A stretch of DNA of 63,969 nucleotides, the filler included, from an uncultured Gemmatimonadota bacterium (GTDB taxonomy: Bacteria > Blakebacterota > Blakebacteria > Blakebacterales > Blakebacteraceae): NCBI GenBank assembly GCA_964576115.1. It is 3 parts of 3 records of this genome, joined end to end, with 100 filler letters (N's around TTAATTAATTAA, not from the genome) between each part and the next. Parts side by side here need not be neighbours in the genome. Positions count along the whole stretch, not along the records: positions 26,588 to 52,115 come from CAZNUA010000049.1; positions 52,216 to 63,969 come from CAZNUA010000080.1; 1 more part is not named here. One strand, 5' to 3'. The stretch's first letter is position 1, and each line of letters begins with the position of its first letter. The notes under the pieces were generated by a model. The model searched no databases. It was not told where the DNA came from and saw only the letters and a program-made list of their open reading frames with translations. Made by a program: the position numbers and the translations under genes. Below are positions 45,732 through 56,037 of this stretch, piece after piece.

Positions 45732-47659
45732 CAGACTCTCCTGCCGCCCGGTCCGTCCTCCAGGCGCGCGTTGAACAAATCGACGATGGTCTTCAGTTCC
45801 TCGTTCTGACTGCAGAGTCGCTCGAGAAGCCGGGCGTTGAGATCCTCGCCTGTTCCGCCCGCCGAACCCGCTTCGGGGCTCAGATCACCCGCGACAGCAC
45901 CTTCATCGCGCAGGCAGGTCACACCGAAAGGGTGACCGCAGACCTGGCGGGTCACATCCCTGATCAGGTCGGCATGGCGGGTCACCTGGTTGATATGAAA
46001 GGTGTGATTGCCCGTCCCGAAGGCGAGCAGCAGGTTATTGTCCCGGACTCCCTTGAGACGGGCCTCGCTCAGAAAGACTCCCAGCGCAACCTTGCGCCGG
46101 CGGACCTCCTCGACAATGTCTTTCCACTTTCCCTGAACCGCCTCGGCGCCGGCATTTTTCCCCCCGGAGCGCGTCCCGGTCCGCGAGTCCGAGCGATCCG
46201 GAGATCCGGATTCGGGAGCCATTTCGGTCTCGTAACTATCAATCGGCGGCAGATCGTCGTCGCCGGTAACCGGACCGTGATCGCGGGCCAGCAGAGGAGC
46301 TGAGTCTCCACCGGTTTCGGCGACTCGACCGGGGCCCGTCCCGCTCCCGCCCTGCGGTGTACCCTGGGCGGGCGCGTCCTTCCCGGGCGTGTCCGCTTCG
46401 GGGGTATCCGCATCCGGCTTCGCCGGCGGCGGGTTAGGGTCCGGCGCCGGCGGGGAATCGCCGGATCGCCCGGCGGCGGGATCCTTTTGCGGCGTCGTGA
46501 CCGGGTTCGCCCCCAGGGTGGCGTCGATCCGGTCGAGCAGACGGCGCAGATCGACCGAACGGTCCATGTGCACCAGGCGTAGAAAGGCGGCTTCGAGCTC
46601 GATCCAGGGCTGGGGCGAAGAACGCAACGACCGGGCGACCTCACCGGCGAACTCGAGACGGCGCAGGAAATCCTCGAGTCCGAGCAGACCGGCCGTATCG
46701 AGGTAGCGCTGCCGCTCTTCGGGAAGCAGGGCTTCGAGGGTCGTTTCTCCGCCGGCGGCGGCGGCGATCAGGAAGCGCAGGTGCTCGGCGTACCCGAGAA
46801 TGAACTCGTACGGTTCCTGCCCCTCCTCGACCAGTTCGGCGGCCAGCTTCAGGGCACCGGCGGCGTCGGCCCCGGCCGAGAGCCGGGTGAGCCGGAAATA
46901 GCGCTCTGAATCGACCACTCCCAGAACCGTACGGGCGCCCTCCAGCGTGATCGTCTCCCCCGTGAAAGCCCTCACCTGGTCGAGCAGGCTCTCGGCGTCA
47001 CGCAGCGAACCGTCGGCCCGGGCGGCGATCAGGTGCAGGGCCTCCACTTCGGCCTCGATTGTCTCGGCCGTGACGATCGCGGTCAGGGTATCGGTCATGG
47101 CCCCGATGCCGATCCGCCGGAAATCGTAGCGCTGCACCCGGCTGATAATGGTCGGGATGACCTTGTGCGGTTCGGTGGTGGCGAAGACGAAGACGACGTG
47201 CTCGGGTGGTTCTTCGAGGGTCTTGAGCAGGGCATTGAAAGCCGAGGTGCTGAGCATGTGCACTTCGTCGATGATGTAGACTTTGTAGCGTCCCTCGAAG
47301 GCCGCGTAGCGGACCGTCTCGCGCAGCTCTCTGATCTGGTCGACCGAATTGTTGCTCGCCCCGTCGATCTCCATCACATCGACGCTCAATCCCCTGGAGA
47401 TCGCGGTGCAGCTCTCGCATTCCCCGCACGGTTCCCGGACCATGGTGTCCGAGGACCGACAGTTCAGGGCTTTGGCCAGCAGCCGTGCGGTCGTGGTCTT
47501 GCCCGTGCCGCGGGGACCGGCGAAGAGATAGGCGTGGGCGATCTGGCGGGTCTCGAGGGCGTTCTGCAGGGTTCGGGTGATGTGCTCCTGACCGACGACC
47601 TCGGCAAAGGTCTGCGGCCGGTACTTCAGGGCGGTGACTTCATATCTCTGATCGCTCAT
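45731..47659 (-). CDS. dnaX: DNA polymerase III subunit gamma/tau
   Basis: KYRPQTF, GPRGTGKTT, IIDEVHMLS, NALLKTLEEPP, GSLRDAESLLDQ; Pro-rich linker. Confidence 0.97.
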   Translation of the reverse strand: MSDQRYEVTALKYRPQTFAEVVGQEHITRTLQNALETRQIAHAYLFAGPRGTGKTTTARLLAKALNCRSSDTMVREPCGECESCTAISRGLSVDVMEIDGASNNSVDQIRELRETVRYAAFEGRYKVYIIDEVHMLSTSAFNALLKTLEEPPEHVVFVFATTEPHKVIPTIISRVQRYDFRRIGIGAMTDTLTAIVTAETIEAEVEALHLIAARADGSLRDAESLLDQVRAFTGETITLEGARTVLGVVDSERYFRLTRLSAGADAAGALKLAAELVEEGQEPYEFILGYAEHLRFLIAAAAGGETTLEALLPEERQRYLDTAGLLGLEDFLRRLEFAGEVARSLRSSPQPWIELEAAFLRLVHMDRSVDLRRLLDRIDATLGANPVTTPQKDPAAGRSGDSPPAPDPNPPPAKPDADTPEADTPGKDAPAQGTPQGGSGTGPGRVAETGGDSAPLLARDHGPVTGDDDLPPIDSYETEMAPESGSPDRSDSRTGTRSGGKNAGAEAVQGKWKDIVEEVRRRKVALGVFLSEARLKGVRDNNLLLAFGTGNHTFHINQVTRHADLIRDVTRQVCGHPFGVTCLRDEGAVAGDLSPEAGSAGGTGEDLNARLLERLCSQNEELKTIVDLFNARLEDGPGGRRV

Positions 47660-47687
47660 AAGCACCTATGGTAGCCGATGAAGAGTG

Positions 47688-47960
47688 GGGCCGTACACCC
47701 GCCGTCGAGGGTCGTCTCCCGCCGGCGCGTCCGGCAGCCGGCTCCGGTCAGGCAACCCCGCGGCGCCCGGACACGACCACCTGCCGCTGCTCCCTTCCGG
47801 GCCTGACGGGGTTCAGTGGGCGTCCGTCGCGCGGGACCCGGCCATCGACGCTGCTTACCGGGCGGCCGGAGGGTGCAGGCACCCCCTCGGGCGGGAATCC
47901 GATCCGGCTGGAGCGGGTTGCCGGTACAGGGTACCGCTAGCCCCCCATCTGGTACGGCCC
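47688..47960 (-). ncRNA. ffs: Large (Alu-domain) bacterial SRP RNA
   Basis: Helix 8 GTCAGGCCCGGAAGGGAGCAGC; 5' Alu-like GGCCGTACCAGATGGGGGGCTAGCGGTACCCTGT; ends pair (GGGCCGTAC/GTACGGCCC); upstream of dnaX. Confidence 0.92.
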
Positions 47961-47992
47961 CGGATCCGGTTCTCGCAAAGTGTACAGTGTAC

Positions 47993-48387
<395 letters not shown>

Positions 48388-48417
48388 ACGCAAGTCCGGG
48401 TGTACGACAGATGGAAT

Positions 48418-48446
48418 AAGCTAGGCGGCACTGTCGGAGGTGTCAA
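48418..48446 (-). promoter_or_regulatory. Sigma70-type promoter for tRNA-Ser
   Basis: TTGACA-17 bp-TAGCTT on the minus strand, 30 bp upstream of the tRNA. Confidence 0.65.
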
Positions 48447-48479
48447 TCCTCCCGGCGGAACGGCAGACCCGATTGTCTT

Positions 48480-50627
48480 CTACGATTCTGCGAAACCGAG
48501 ATCGAGAAAGGTCTGCTGCAGAACCGAGAGCGATACCGGCTTTTTCAGCAGGGCGTGTACGCCGGGGGGAAGCTCGTCCGTTTCCTCACGGTAGCGGTCG
48601 TGTCCGGTGATCACGATGATGGGCATGTCGGGCCGCAGTTCGTGAACCGCCTCCGCCAGGCTGATCCCGGTCATCGCGGGCATGACATGATCGGAGATCA
48701 GTAGATCGAAGGTTCCCTGTTCGATCTCCTGCAACGCTTCGGCCGCGCTGGTAACGGAGACGACCGTGTGACCGAATGTTTTCAGAATCTCGCCCAGGGT
48801 TGCGAGGTTGCGGACATCGTCATCGACCAGGATGAGTTTCAAAGCCCTGACAGCGGAAATGTCATCAGTGGAAACAACCTCTTCATTCTCAACAACCACA
48901 GGGGAAGCCGGGAAGGTGAGAGTGATTCGCGTTCCCTCGGCGGGCGCGCTGTCGATATGCATCGTCCCCTGTGCTCCTTCGACGACCTCCGCAATCATGC
49001 ACAGCCCCATCCCGGTGCCTGCTTCCCCCTTGGTCGTGAAGAACGGCGTCAGACATGTCTCGCGGATCTCTTCGCTCATGCCAATACCGGTGTCTTCAAT
49101 CTGGACCTCGATCATTCCGTTCACCGAACGGGTGCGCAGGGAAATGGTACCGTCTGCTTCGAGGGCATCAACCGCGTTGAGGATCAGGTTGACGATCATC
49201 TCGCGCAGTTCGCTCTCGCTGGCTACGACCGGGGCCACCTGGCCTGTTTCCACCTGCATATCGATCCGTACCCCACGGCTCTGGGCCTGGCCGTACCACT
49301 TCGGGCGGGTCATGTCCACGGCATCGTGAACCACCCGGTTGACATCCACCGGGATGATCTGCGTCAGCGCCCTGGTGGAGCGGTAAAACGCCCGCAGGCG
49401 TTCCACGGTCTGGGCGGCATCCATGGCCGCATTCTGGATCGTTTCCAGCTTGTGAGTCGCGTTGGCGGTATCCGCCAGAGTCTGAGGATCATTCAGGAGC
49501 AGTTCGGCATAACCGATGATCGGCGCCAACGCATTGTTGATGTCGTGCGCAATACCGCTGGCCATCTGCCCCAGGGCATGCAGACGTTCCTTGCGGATAT
49601 GTTCCTCCTGAGCCCGGCCCAACTCGGACAGAGTCTGCTCGAGTTCTTCGGTGCGTTGGCGCAGTTCACCGGTGGCGATCCGCACCTGGTTGCGCAGAAG
49701 CACAACGAACGTGACCGAGATCAGCAGCAGCGCGAGCAGGATACCGGCTGCCAGGAGCAGGCCCCGGCTCAGAGTCCGGCCGGTCGACTCACTGATCCAG
49801 TCATCGAGCAACCGGTAGTAAACGGAGCCAGTATTCTCCTTGAGCACTTCGAGATGATGATCGATCGCAGCGAGCAGATCGGCATTGCGCTCCGGTGGAG
49901 CGGCGATGAAGAGCGAGGTCGGGAAGAAGACGATGGGCGTATCCTGCAGCCGGTACCTGCGCTTGTGAGTCAGACCGAAGAAACGGTTCACCACGCCGGC
50001 GTCCACCCGGTCGCCGGCGATGGCTTCAAAGACAGCCGTGTTCGAACTCACCGGCAGGATTTCACAGACCAACCCCAGCTCGTCGACCATCTGAGAGAAA
50101 ACATCGTGCTGGATGCTCCCTTCGAGGATCGCGACGCTCTTCCCTCGCAAATCGGGGAACGATTCGATCCGCTGCCGGGTGGGAGCGTAGACCTCCAGCC
50201 AGTCCGAGATGACGGGGATCTGATTAAAGGAGAATCTCTTGGCCCGTTCGGGCGAGAGCGCAATATCGGGCAGCAGGTCGATCTCGGCCGTTTCGAGCCG
50301 CTCAAGGCACTCCGGCCAAGAACCGGGGATAAACTCCAGTGTCCACCCCTCCTGTTCGGCGATGACCTCGATGATCTCGATGAAAATTCCGCCGACCTCT
50401 TCCGGACCGTTGTGAAACACTTTCGGCGCGTTCTGGTACACCCCGACGCGGACCGTGGTCGGTGAAACCTGAACGTCAGCGGAACGTGAGATACTCGCGA
50501 GGGCGGACTGAGTGGTGATCGGAACCAAGGTACAGAGCAGAACGGTGATGCAGATCGAGGCAGTCCGGTAACGACGGTTGGCCCACACATCCGTGGGGCC
50601 GACATGAAAGAAGGAGACCATACCCAT
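48480..50627 (-). CDS. Hybrid sensor histidine kinase (periplasmic solute-binding domain, HisKA, HATPase, REC)
   Basis: PBP domain (VGVYQNAPK, DLRGKSVA), TM, GIAHDINN, NLILNAVDA, DTGIGM, FFTTK..GTGMGL, LVDDD...SDHVMP. Confidence 0.92.
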   Translation of the reverse strand: MGMVSFFHVGPTDVWANRRYRTASICITVLLCTLVPITTQSALASISRSADVQVSPTTVRVGVYQNAPKVFHNGPEEVGGIFIEIIEVIAEQEGWTLEFIPGSWPECLERLETAEIDLLPDIALSPERAKRFSFNQIPVISDWLEVYAPTRQRIESFPDLRGKSVAILEGSIQHDVFSQMVDELGLVCEILPVSSNTAVFEAIAGDRVDAGVVNRFFGLTHKRRYRLQDTPIVFFPTSLFIAAPPERNADLLAAIDHHLEVLKENTGSVYYRLLDDWISESTGRTLSRGLLLAAGILLALLLISVTFVVLLRNQVRIATGELRQRTEELEQTLSELGRAQEEHIRKERLHALGQMASGIAHDINNALAPIIGYAELLLNDPQTLADTANATHKLETIQNAAMDAAQTVERLRAFYRSTRALTQIIPVDVNRVVHDAVDMTRPKWYGQAQSRGVRIDMQVETGQVAPVVASESELREMIVNLILNAVDALEADGTISLRTRSVNGMIEVQIEDTGIGMSEEIRETCLTPFFTTKGEAGTGMGLCMIAEVVEGAQGTMHIDSAPAEGTRITLTFPASPVVVENEEVVSTDDISAVRALKLILVDDDVRNLATLGEILKTFGHTVVSVTSAAEALQEIEQGTFDLLISDHVMPAMTGISLAEAVHELRPDMPIIVITGHDRYREETDELPPGVHALLKKPVSLSVLQQTFLDLGFAES

Positions 50628-50741
50628 CCTGCCCTCCCGACAATCCACCCCTGTGCTAGACAATGTGGTCAGTTCGAGCAGCACTGGTTCCCGATTGCAC
50701 ATGAGTGTACGGGCACCCGGGCGTCGGATGCGAGTGGAATT

Positions 50742-51836
50742 CTATTCCGGTCCTTCTCCTTCCACCTTCTTCCCCCCCCTCTCGGTTACCTGCGCTGCAA
50801 GCGTCTCGAGACGCTTCTCGATGCGCTCTTTCTGGGTTTTGAGTTGTTCAGCGCGTTCTTCCGTCGGATCAGAATCGAGTTCGTTCTCGATCTCCTCGAG
50901 GCGATCCGTGAGGATCTGTATGCTCTCCTCGCGGCTGGCAGCTTCTTCGGCCTTGTCGAAGATCAGGTCTTCGGCCCGGTTCTTTTCCTCTTCTTCCTCA
51001 CCGATGACACCCACCAGGTCCGGGATGAAGGTCTTCTCATCCGCACTGCGGCGGTACATGAAGGTGGGCGAGACGATCTCCACTCCATTCTCATGCAGAA
51101 TATCCAGAATGGCGGCTCGCAGACGGGAGCGAGCCGTAATGAGGCCTTTCACCTCGGAGAGCAGACCTGAAACCCGGTAGCTGACTGCGAAGTTGCCCAG
51201 ATCCATCACGTGCACGAAGGGCTCTTCCAACCCGGCCGCCAGAGCCGCCTCCTTGAGCAGTTTCTCCACCTTTCCCCGAGGAACATCGTAACCCAGCGAC
51301 ACAGAGGCGGTGATGGCCGTGCCAGAGGAACGCACCGTCGTCACGGGATTCTGGACCAGATAGAGATTCGGCAGGGTGGTCAGCTCGCGCTGCTCGGTCT
51401 GGATCTCGGTATGAAAGAGTCCCCGTTCCGAGACCCGACCGAAATGCTCGTTGACGCTGATGAAGTCCCCCATCCGGAAACCCTTCACCACACGCAGCAT
51501 GAAACCCGCCAGGGCGTTCCCCAGCACCGTTGTGGAAGACAGGGCGATGGCAGCGCTGACGATGATCCCGATCAGGCTCAGGAGCTGGCCTTGCACCTCA
51601 TTGCCGACCGGCAGAACGAGGATCAGCACGATGATACCCAGCAGACCCGTGCCGGTGTTGACCAGCTGCCGCCGGTAGCGATGCCCTTCACTGAAGAAGG
51701 TTCGTCTGGCCATCAGGCTGTTTATCAGATAGATGAGCGCAACGAAAATAACCACGACCCCGGCGGCCGGCACCAGTGACAGAAGCAGACCGCCGAGCGT
51801 GTCCAGAAACGGCTGTGAAGAGTTCATGATTCCCAT
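50742..51836 (-). CDS. MscS-family mechanosensitive channel with C-terminal coiled coil
   Basis: Three TMs, GNALAG, FRMGDFI.V..HFGRV, TLPN, SLGYDV. Start 51836 or 51827. Confidence 0.85.
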   Translation of the reverse strand: MGIMNSSQPFLDTLGGLLLSLVPAAGVVVIFVALIYLINSLMARRTFFSEGHRYRRQLVNTGTGLLGIIVLILVLPVGNEVQGQLLSLIGIIVSAAIALSSTTVLGNALAGFMLRVVKGFRMGDFISVNEHFGRVSERGLFHTEIQTEQRELTTLPNLYLVQNPVTTVRSSGTAITASVSLGYDVPRGKVEKLLKEAALAAGLEEPFVHVMDLGNFAVSYRVSGLLSEVKGLITARSRLRAAILDILHENGVEIVSPTFMYRRSADEKTFIPDLVGVIGEEEEEKNRAEDLIFDKAEEAASREESIQILTDRLEEIENELDSDPTEERAEQLKTQKERIEKRLETLAAQVTERGGKKVEGEGPE

Positions 51837-52115
51837 CCGGGCTGGTTTGTGGATCCGTCTCTCGAGCCCGGCAGCCTCATGGGCCGTGCACGGGCGGTAC
51901 CGCCAGCATACAGCAGGATGCCCCGCATCCTGTAGGGCCACCGCAAAGGTCGATCCTGCCGGGCGCACCTGCCAACCGATCGACCGACGATACCGCACCA
52001 GAGACGGCACGCTCGTTGCGGCCAATGTGGACAGAACCGTGCAACAAACAGGGAATTCATCCGGTATCATCCGGCATCGGATCCGTCACGCCAGTGTATT
52101 CCACCAGGGAGAACG

Positions 52116-52215
52116 NNNNNNNNNNNNNNNNNNNNNNNNNNNNNNNNNNNNNNNNNNNNTTAATTAATTAANNNNNNNNNNNNNNNNNNNNNNNNNNNNN
52201 NNNNNNNNNNNNNNN
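52116..52215. other. Artificial contig join (N + TTAATTAATTAA + N)
   Basis: Linker at 52160-52171. Confidence 0.95.
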
Positions 52216-52220
52216 TTCCG

Positions 52221-53060
52221 ATGAGAGAAAACAAGAGGCAGAAGAGATCTCTGGTGGGCATCGAACTGGTACGCCTTCTGGCCTCTGAGGGTGACAGAAT
52301 CTTCACGATTGACAGGGCTCGTGAACTGGCCGGACAGGTCGGACTGGAAGCTTCGTACCTCCGGGAGTCGCTCTACCACCTTCGGAAGACCGGATGGATC
52401 GTCCCCTTGCGTCGGGGGCTGTATGCACTCTCCTCAACCGTCCCGGGAATCACTCCGGCCCATGAGTTCGAAGTCGCCATGGCATTGATTGATCCGGCTG
52501 CCATTTCGCACTGGTCGGCCCTGCATTTCCATGGTTTGACAGATCAGGCACCACGGGACGTCGTCGTTCTGACGACGACGGGGACGTCTATCCCCCGGAT
52601 TCGGGCTGCGAAGGGCAGGCAGAAGCGGAGCGGTTATCCTGTTGGCGATACGTACTACCGGTTCGTTCAGATGAAGCCGGAATGGTTCTTCGGTATCAGG
52701 AAGCAATGGATTGGAGAATCGCGCGTCTCGATCACTGACCCCGAACGAACCCTGCTGGATGGCCTCGCGATGCCGCACTACTGCGGTGATTTCGCCGAAG
52801 TCCTGCATGCCTTCGAGGTTCGAGGGGGGGATCTGGATCTCCCCCTCATCATCAGCTACGCACTGAAGTTGAGCGATGCAATGGTCAAGCGCCTGGGATG
52901 GGTCCTTGAGCACGCAGGTGTCGATGCCGTTCACCTGGAACCTCTCGCCAGAGTTCCCGTCAGGGGATACCGCACGCTCGATCCGAGCGGACCCCGCCGG
53001 GGGCGATGCAATCGCAACTGGATGATCCAGGAAAATCTACCAGGCAAGGTAATGAGATGA
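52221..53060 (+). CDS. Type IV TA antitoxin, AbiEi family
   Basis: N-terminal wHTH (GWIVPLRRGLY), ISHWSALHFHGLTDQ, TDPERTLLD. Confidence 0.88.
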   Translation: MRENKRQKRSLVGIELVRLLASEGDRIFTIDRARELAGQVGLEASYLRESLYHLRKTGWIVPLRRGLYALSSTVPGITPAHEFEVAMALIDPAAISHWSALHFHGLTDQAPRDVVVLTTTGTSIPRIRAAKGRQKRSGYPVGDTYYRFVQMKPEWFFGIRKQWIGESRVSITDPERTLLDGLAMPHYCGDFAEVLHAFEVRGGDLDLPLIISYALKLSDAMVKRLGWVLEHAGVDAVHLEPLARVPVRGYRTLDPSGPRRGRCNRNWMIQENLPGKVMR

Positions 53061-53929
53061 AACCTCTCTACAATCGTCTTCAGGAGGCGCGAAAGCGACT
53101 CGGTCTGCCGTGGGAGGTGCTGGAGCGTGACTATGTTCAATCGTGGATCCTTGGAGGCATCGGTCGGGTGGCGAACCTTCGGGATGTACTCGTGCTTAAA
53201 GGAGGTACTGCTCTCAGAAAATGCTATTTCGGAGACTATCGTCTCTCAGAGGATCTGGACTTCACAGGCCTTGAGGGTGTGCCTGTGGGAACGGGGATGG
53301 AGGACACGATCGAAGAGGTCTGTAGTGAGGCCACAGTATTGCTTGAGGAATATGCAGCGGTGGAGATCACCTCTGAAAGATACACCGAGAGGGAACCTCA
53401 TCCAGCCGGGCAGGAGGCGTTTGTCATTCGCGTACGTCTGCCGTGGCATCGACGACCGCAGATTCGGGTCATGATTGAAATCACAGTTGATGAACCGGTG
53501 CAAAGGCGGGTTCAGCAGCGAAAGATCCTGCATGATTTCGGTGAACCGCTTGAGGAGTCGGTCGGAGTCTATTCGCTGGAGGAGATTATTGCTGAGAAGC
53601 TCCGGGCGATCCTGCAATATGTCCGGATACTGGAGGAGAAAGGCTGGAGCCGTTCCCGGGCACGGGATTTTTACGATCTCTGGAGGATCCTGAACACCTA
53701 TGCCGATCAGTTGAACCTCACCGGATTCGAAGACTTTCTCTCCGCAAAATGCGTCGTGCGGGATGTCTCTTTCAGCTCTCCTGAGGACTTCTTTCCGGAA
53801 GCCGCACTCTATCATGTGGAGAACACCTGGGAACAGTGGCTCGGCCCGCTCGTACCTTCGTTACCATCCTATGAAACAGTAATCGGTCAACTTCGTTCTC
53901 TGATATCTGACTTGCTCGAAGATTCCTGA
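53057..53929 (+). CDS. Type IV TA toxin, AbiEii/AbiGii nucleotidyltransferase
   Basis: LERDY, LKGGTALRKCY, RLSEDLDF, AEKLRA, RARDFYDL; ATGA overlap with the antitoxin. Confidence 0.92.
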   Translation: MKPLYNRLQEARKRLGLPWEVLERDYVQSWILGGIGRVANLRDVLVLKGGTALRKCYFGDYRLSEDLDFTGLEGVPVGTGMEDTIEEVCSEATVLLEEYAAVEITSERYTEREPHPAGQEAFVIRVRLPWHRRPQIRVMIEITVDEPVQRRVQQRKILHDFGEPLEESVGVYSLEEIIAEKLRAILQYVRILEEKGWSRSRARDFYDLWRILNTYADQLNLTGFEDFLSAKCVVRDVSFSSPEDFFPEAALYHVENTWEQWLGPLVPSLPSYETVIGQLRSLISDLLEDS

Positions 53930-53998
53930 TGGGGTGTCAAGAACATGCCCGCCAGACATTGACTTGACGGGCGATGCGAAGATGAGAATAAACTAGAC

Positions 53999-54034
53999 TG
54001 GAGGCGGCACCCCGGCCCGCGCCTTATACGGGTT
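53999..54034 (-). repeat. att-like site C: tRNA-Cys 3' end + conserved motif
   Basis: Plus strand TGGAGGCGGCACCCCGG-CCCGC-GCCTTATACGGGTT; tRNA part has one extra C. Confidence 0.85.
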
Positions 54035-54071
54035 TTCGGTGCTACTGTGAGAGCGACATTGCAGCCTGCCA

Positions 54072-54097
54072 CACCCGGCCCCCGCCTTATACGGGTT
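54072..54097 (-). repeat. att-like site B (degenerate tRNA part)
   Basis: CACCCGG-CCCCC-GCCTTATACGGGTT; motif 63 bp from site C. Confidence 0.8.
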
Positions 54098-54200
54098 TGA
54101 GGTGCATCTGTAGGGTGGGGAGGCAGGATCTCCGGACTGTCAGACTCTCGTCCACTCAGAGATGAGTATACGGTACTGGCAATGACTTCATCAGTAGTCG

Positions 54201-55244
54201 CTACATGTTCACACTTCCGGGCACGAGCAGTTCGATCGCGAACTCGAGCTGAAGGTCCCGCCCGGCGGCGATATCGGCTGCCGTATTGACCACCCTGATA
54301 TCGGGGGGCACTCCGTTCCATTCGATCGGCTCGCCGTCGTAGCGGCGGATGTCAAGGTAGTTGATCTCGAACCGCTTCCCGCTGGGCAGGACGAGCCGGC
54401 TCGTGTCCGGGATTGTGCCGCCGATCCCCCCGCCCCCGGTGGTGTCGCCGATCGCGGTCACCTGGGGGAGCTGTTTGAGCATCTCGGTGCAGAGTTCCCC
54501 GGCGCTGAAGGTCAGGCCGCTGATCAGAACCACCACGGGGTTCGTGTACGCCTGAGTGCTCCGCGGTTGCAGGGGGGTGAGCGGGAGCGCTTCACCGTCG
54601 GAGATGAACGTCAGCCAGGGCAGGGGCGCGGTGAGAAAGCACGAGACGACGGCGGCGATATTCGCGGTCGAGCCGCCGACCCGCTGCCGGATGTCGATGA
54701 TCACCCCCGCAGTGTTCCGCATCCGCCGGATGACGGAAGGAAAGTCGTTGATGAGGAAATCCTCATGGAAATCGGCCAGGAAGATGTAGCCTATGTTATC
54801 GGGGAGGATCCCGTATTCGATCTTCCCGCTCGGTGAGAGCTCCAGATCGCGGCTGAAGTACTCTCTGACCACGAATGGATTGTAGAGTCCCTGATCTCGT
54901 CGGCGACGGGGAGGTACCCACGGATACCGTTCACTCCCCCCCGGGGTCATGTAACGCACATGACCGTCCTTGAGCTCATACAGCAATTCGTGCAGGACGC
55001 GGTAGAACTCATCCCCCCGGGCCGCTTCGGCACGCGGCAGATACACGGTGTAGAGGGAATCCCAGTCGATGCCCTTGAACTCGAAGCAGGGGTAGTACTC
55101 ATCCACGGTTGACCAGACCGCCTCGAAATCTTCGACGTTCAGGTTCTCCCCCGGCGGTTTCACGATCAGGTCGGTACAGGCCGTCACGCCGAGAGCCAGC
55201 AGGAACAGGCCGAGACGTCCAGCCACTGCTATCCGTCCTCTCAT
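54201..55244 (-). CDS. S41 family peptidase lipoprotein
   Basis: GVTAC lipobox, ELKDGH, IGYI, IIDIR..VGG, TFSAGE, IGDTTGGG, GVPPD. Confidence 0.9.
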   Translation of the reverse strand: MRGRIAVAGRLGLFLLALGVTACTDLIVKPPGENLNVEDFEAVWSTVDEYYPCFEFKGIDWDSLYTVYLPRAEAARGDEFYRVLHELLYELKDGHVRYMTPGGSERYPWVPPRRRRDQGLYNPFVVREYFSRDLELSPSGKIEYGILPDNIGYIFLADFHEDFLINDFPSVIRRMRNTAGVIIDIRQRVGGSTANIAAVVSCFLTAPLPWLTFISDGEALPLTPLQPRSTQAYTNPVVVLISGLTFSAGELCTEMLKQLPQVTAIGDTTGGGGIGGTIPDTSRLVLPSGKRFEINYLDIRRYDGEPIEWNGVPPDIRVVNTAADIAAGRDLQLEFAIELLVPGSVNM

Positions 55245-55245
55245 C

Positions 55246-56037
55246 TCAGAAACTCCAGGTCAGACCGGCCAGGATCGTATCGCTGGTGGCCAGGAGTGGA
55301 ATCCAGGGCGTGATCCGCGTGAGCGTGAACTGATAGGCAAGCCGGCCGCTGAACGCCGCCGATAGCCGGTAGCGCAGTCCCAGCCTCAGCGAGGCATTCG
55401 TTCCCGCCAGTGCCGTCAGCAGTTTCGGGGCAGTGGCGTCATCACTCGTCTCGTCGTCAACCGCGCGGATTCCCAGAGAAAGGAATCCGGCCTGCAACAG
55501 GCCTTCGACACCCAGTTTCGATGATAGTGGCATGACGAGTTCGGCGCGGACTCCGAGGGAAAGAAGTGCAGAAACCGACAGGCCGAATCCAAGGGCGGAG
55601 ACCGCCAGATCCTGCGTGTTCATCAGGATGAATATCTCGCTGCAGGGACCCAGGAAAAGGTGAAGATCCCGACCGAACAACACCATGCGCGGCAGGGGAT
55701 AGAGGAAGCCCTGGATGAACGAGAACTGGGTGATCGCGGTCTTGACGGAGTAGTTACGTATTTCCGACGAGGTCCGGGCTTCCAGGCCGAGCTGGTAGAC
55801 AGCCTTTTCATGGGCGCGGCTCCAGTTCAAACGCACATACGGCAGGGTGCCGGAATATTTCTCGGTTGAGAAGTACTCGTCGATAACCGCATATGAGCCG
55901 AGGCCGTATTCGGCCGTGATGCCGGTACCAAGCAGGGCCGCGGAGGAAATCTCCTGGCTAGCGGCATGACCGGACGGCAGGAGAAAACCGAGGCACGTGA
56001 CGAGGGAGAGCACATTAAGGGAGCGAATTCGTTCCAC
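55246..56037 (-). CDS. Putative outer-membrane beta-barrel protein
   Basis: Signal peptide, alternating amphipathic strands, C-terminal LAGLTWSF signature; Y.G motif after FS.EK. Confidence 0.6.
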   Translation of the reverse strand: MERIRSLNVLSLVTCLGFLLPSGHAASQEISSAALLGTGITAEYGLGSYAVIDEYFSTEKYSGTLPYVRLNWSRAHEKAVYQLGLEARTSSEIRNYSVKTAITQFSFIQGFLYPLPRMVLFGRDLHLFLGPCSEIFILMNTQDLAVSALGFGLSVSALLSLGVRAELVMPLSSKLGVEGLLQAGFLSLGIRAVDDETSDDATAPKLLTALAGTNASLRLGLRYRLSAAFSGRLAYQFTLTRITPWIPLLATSDTILAGLTWSF

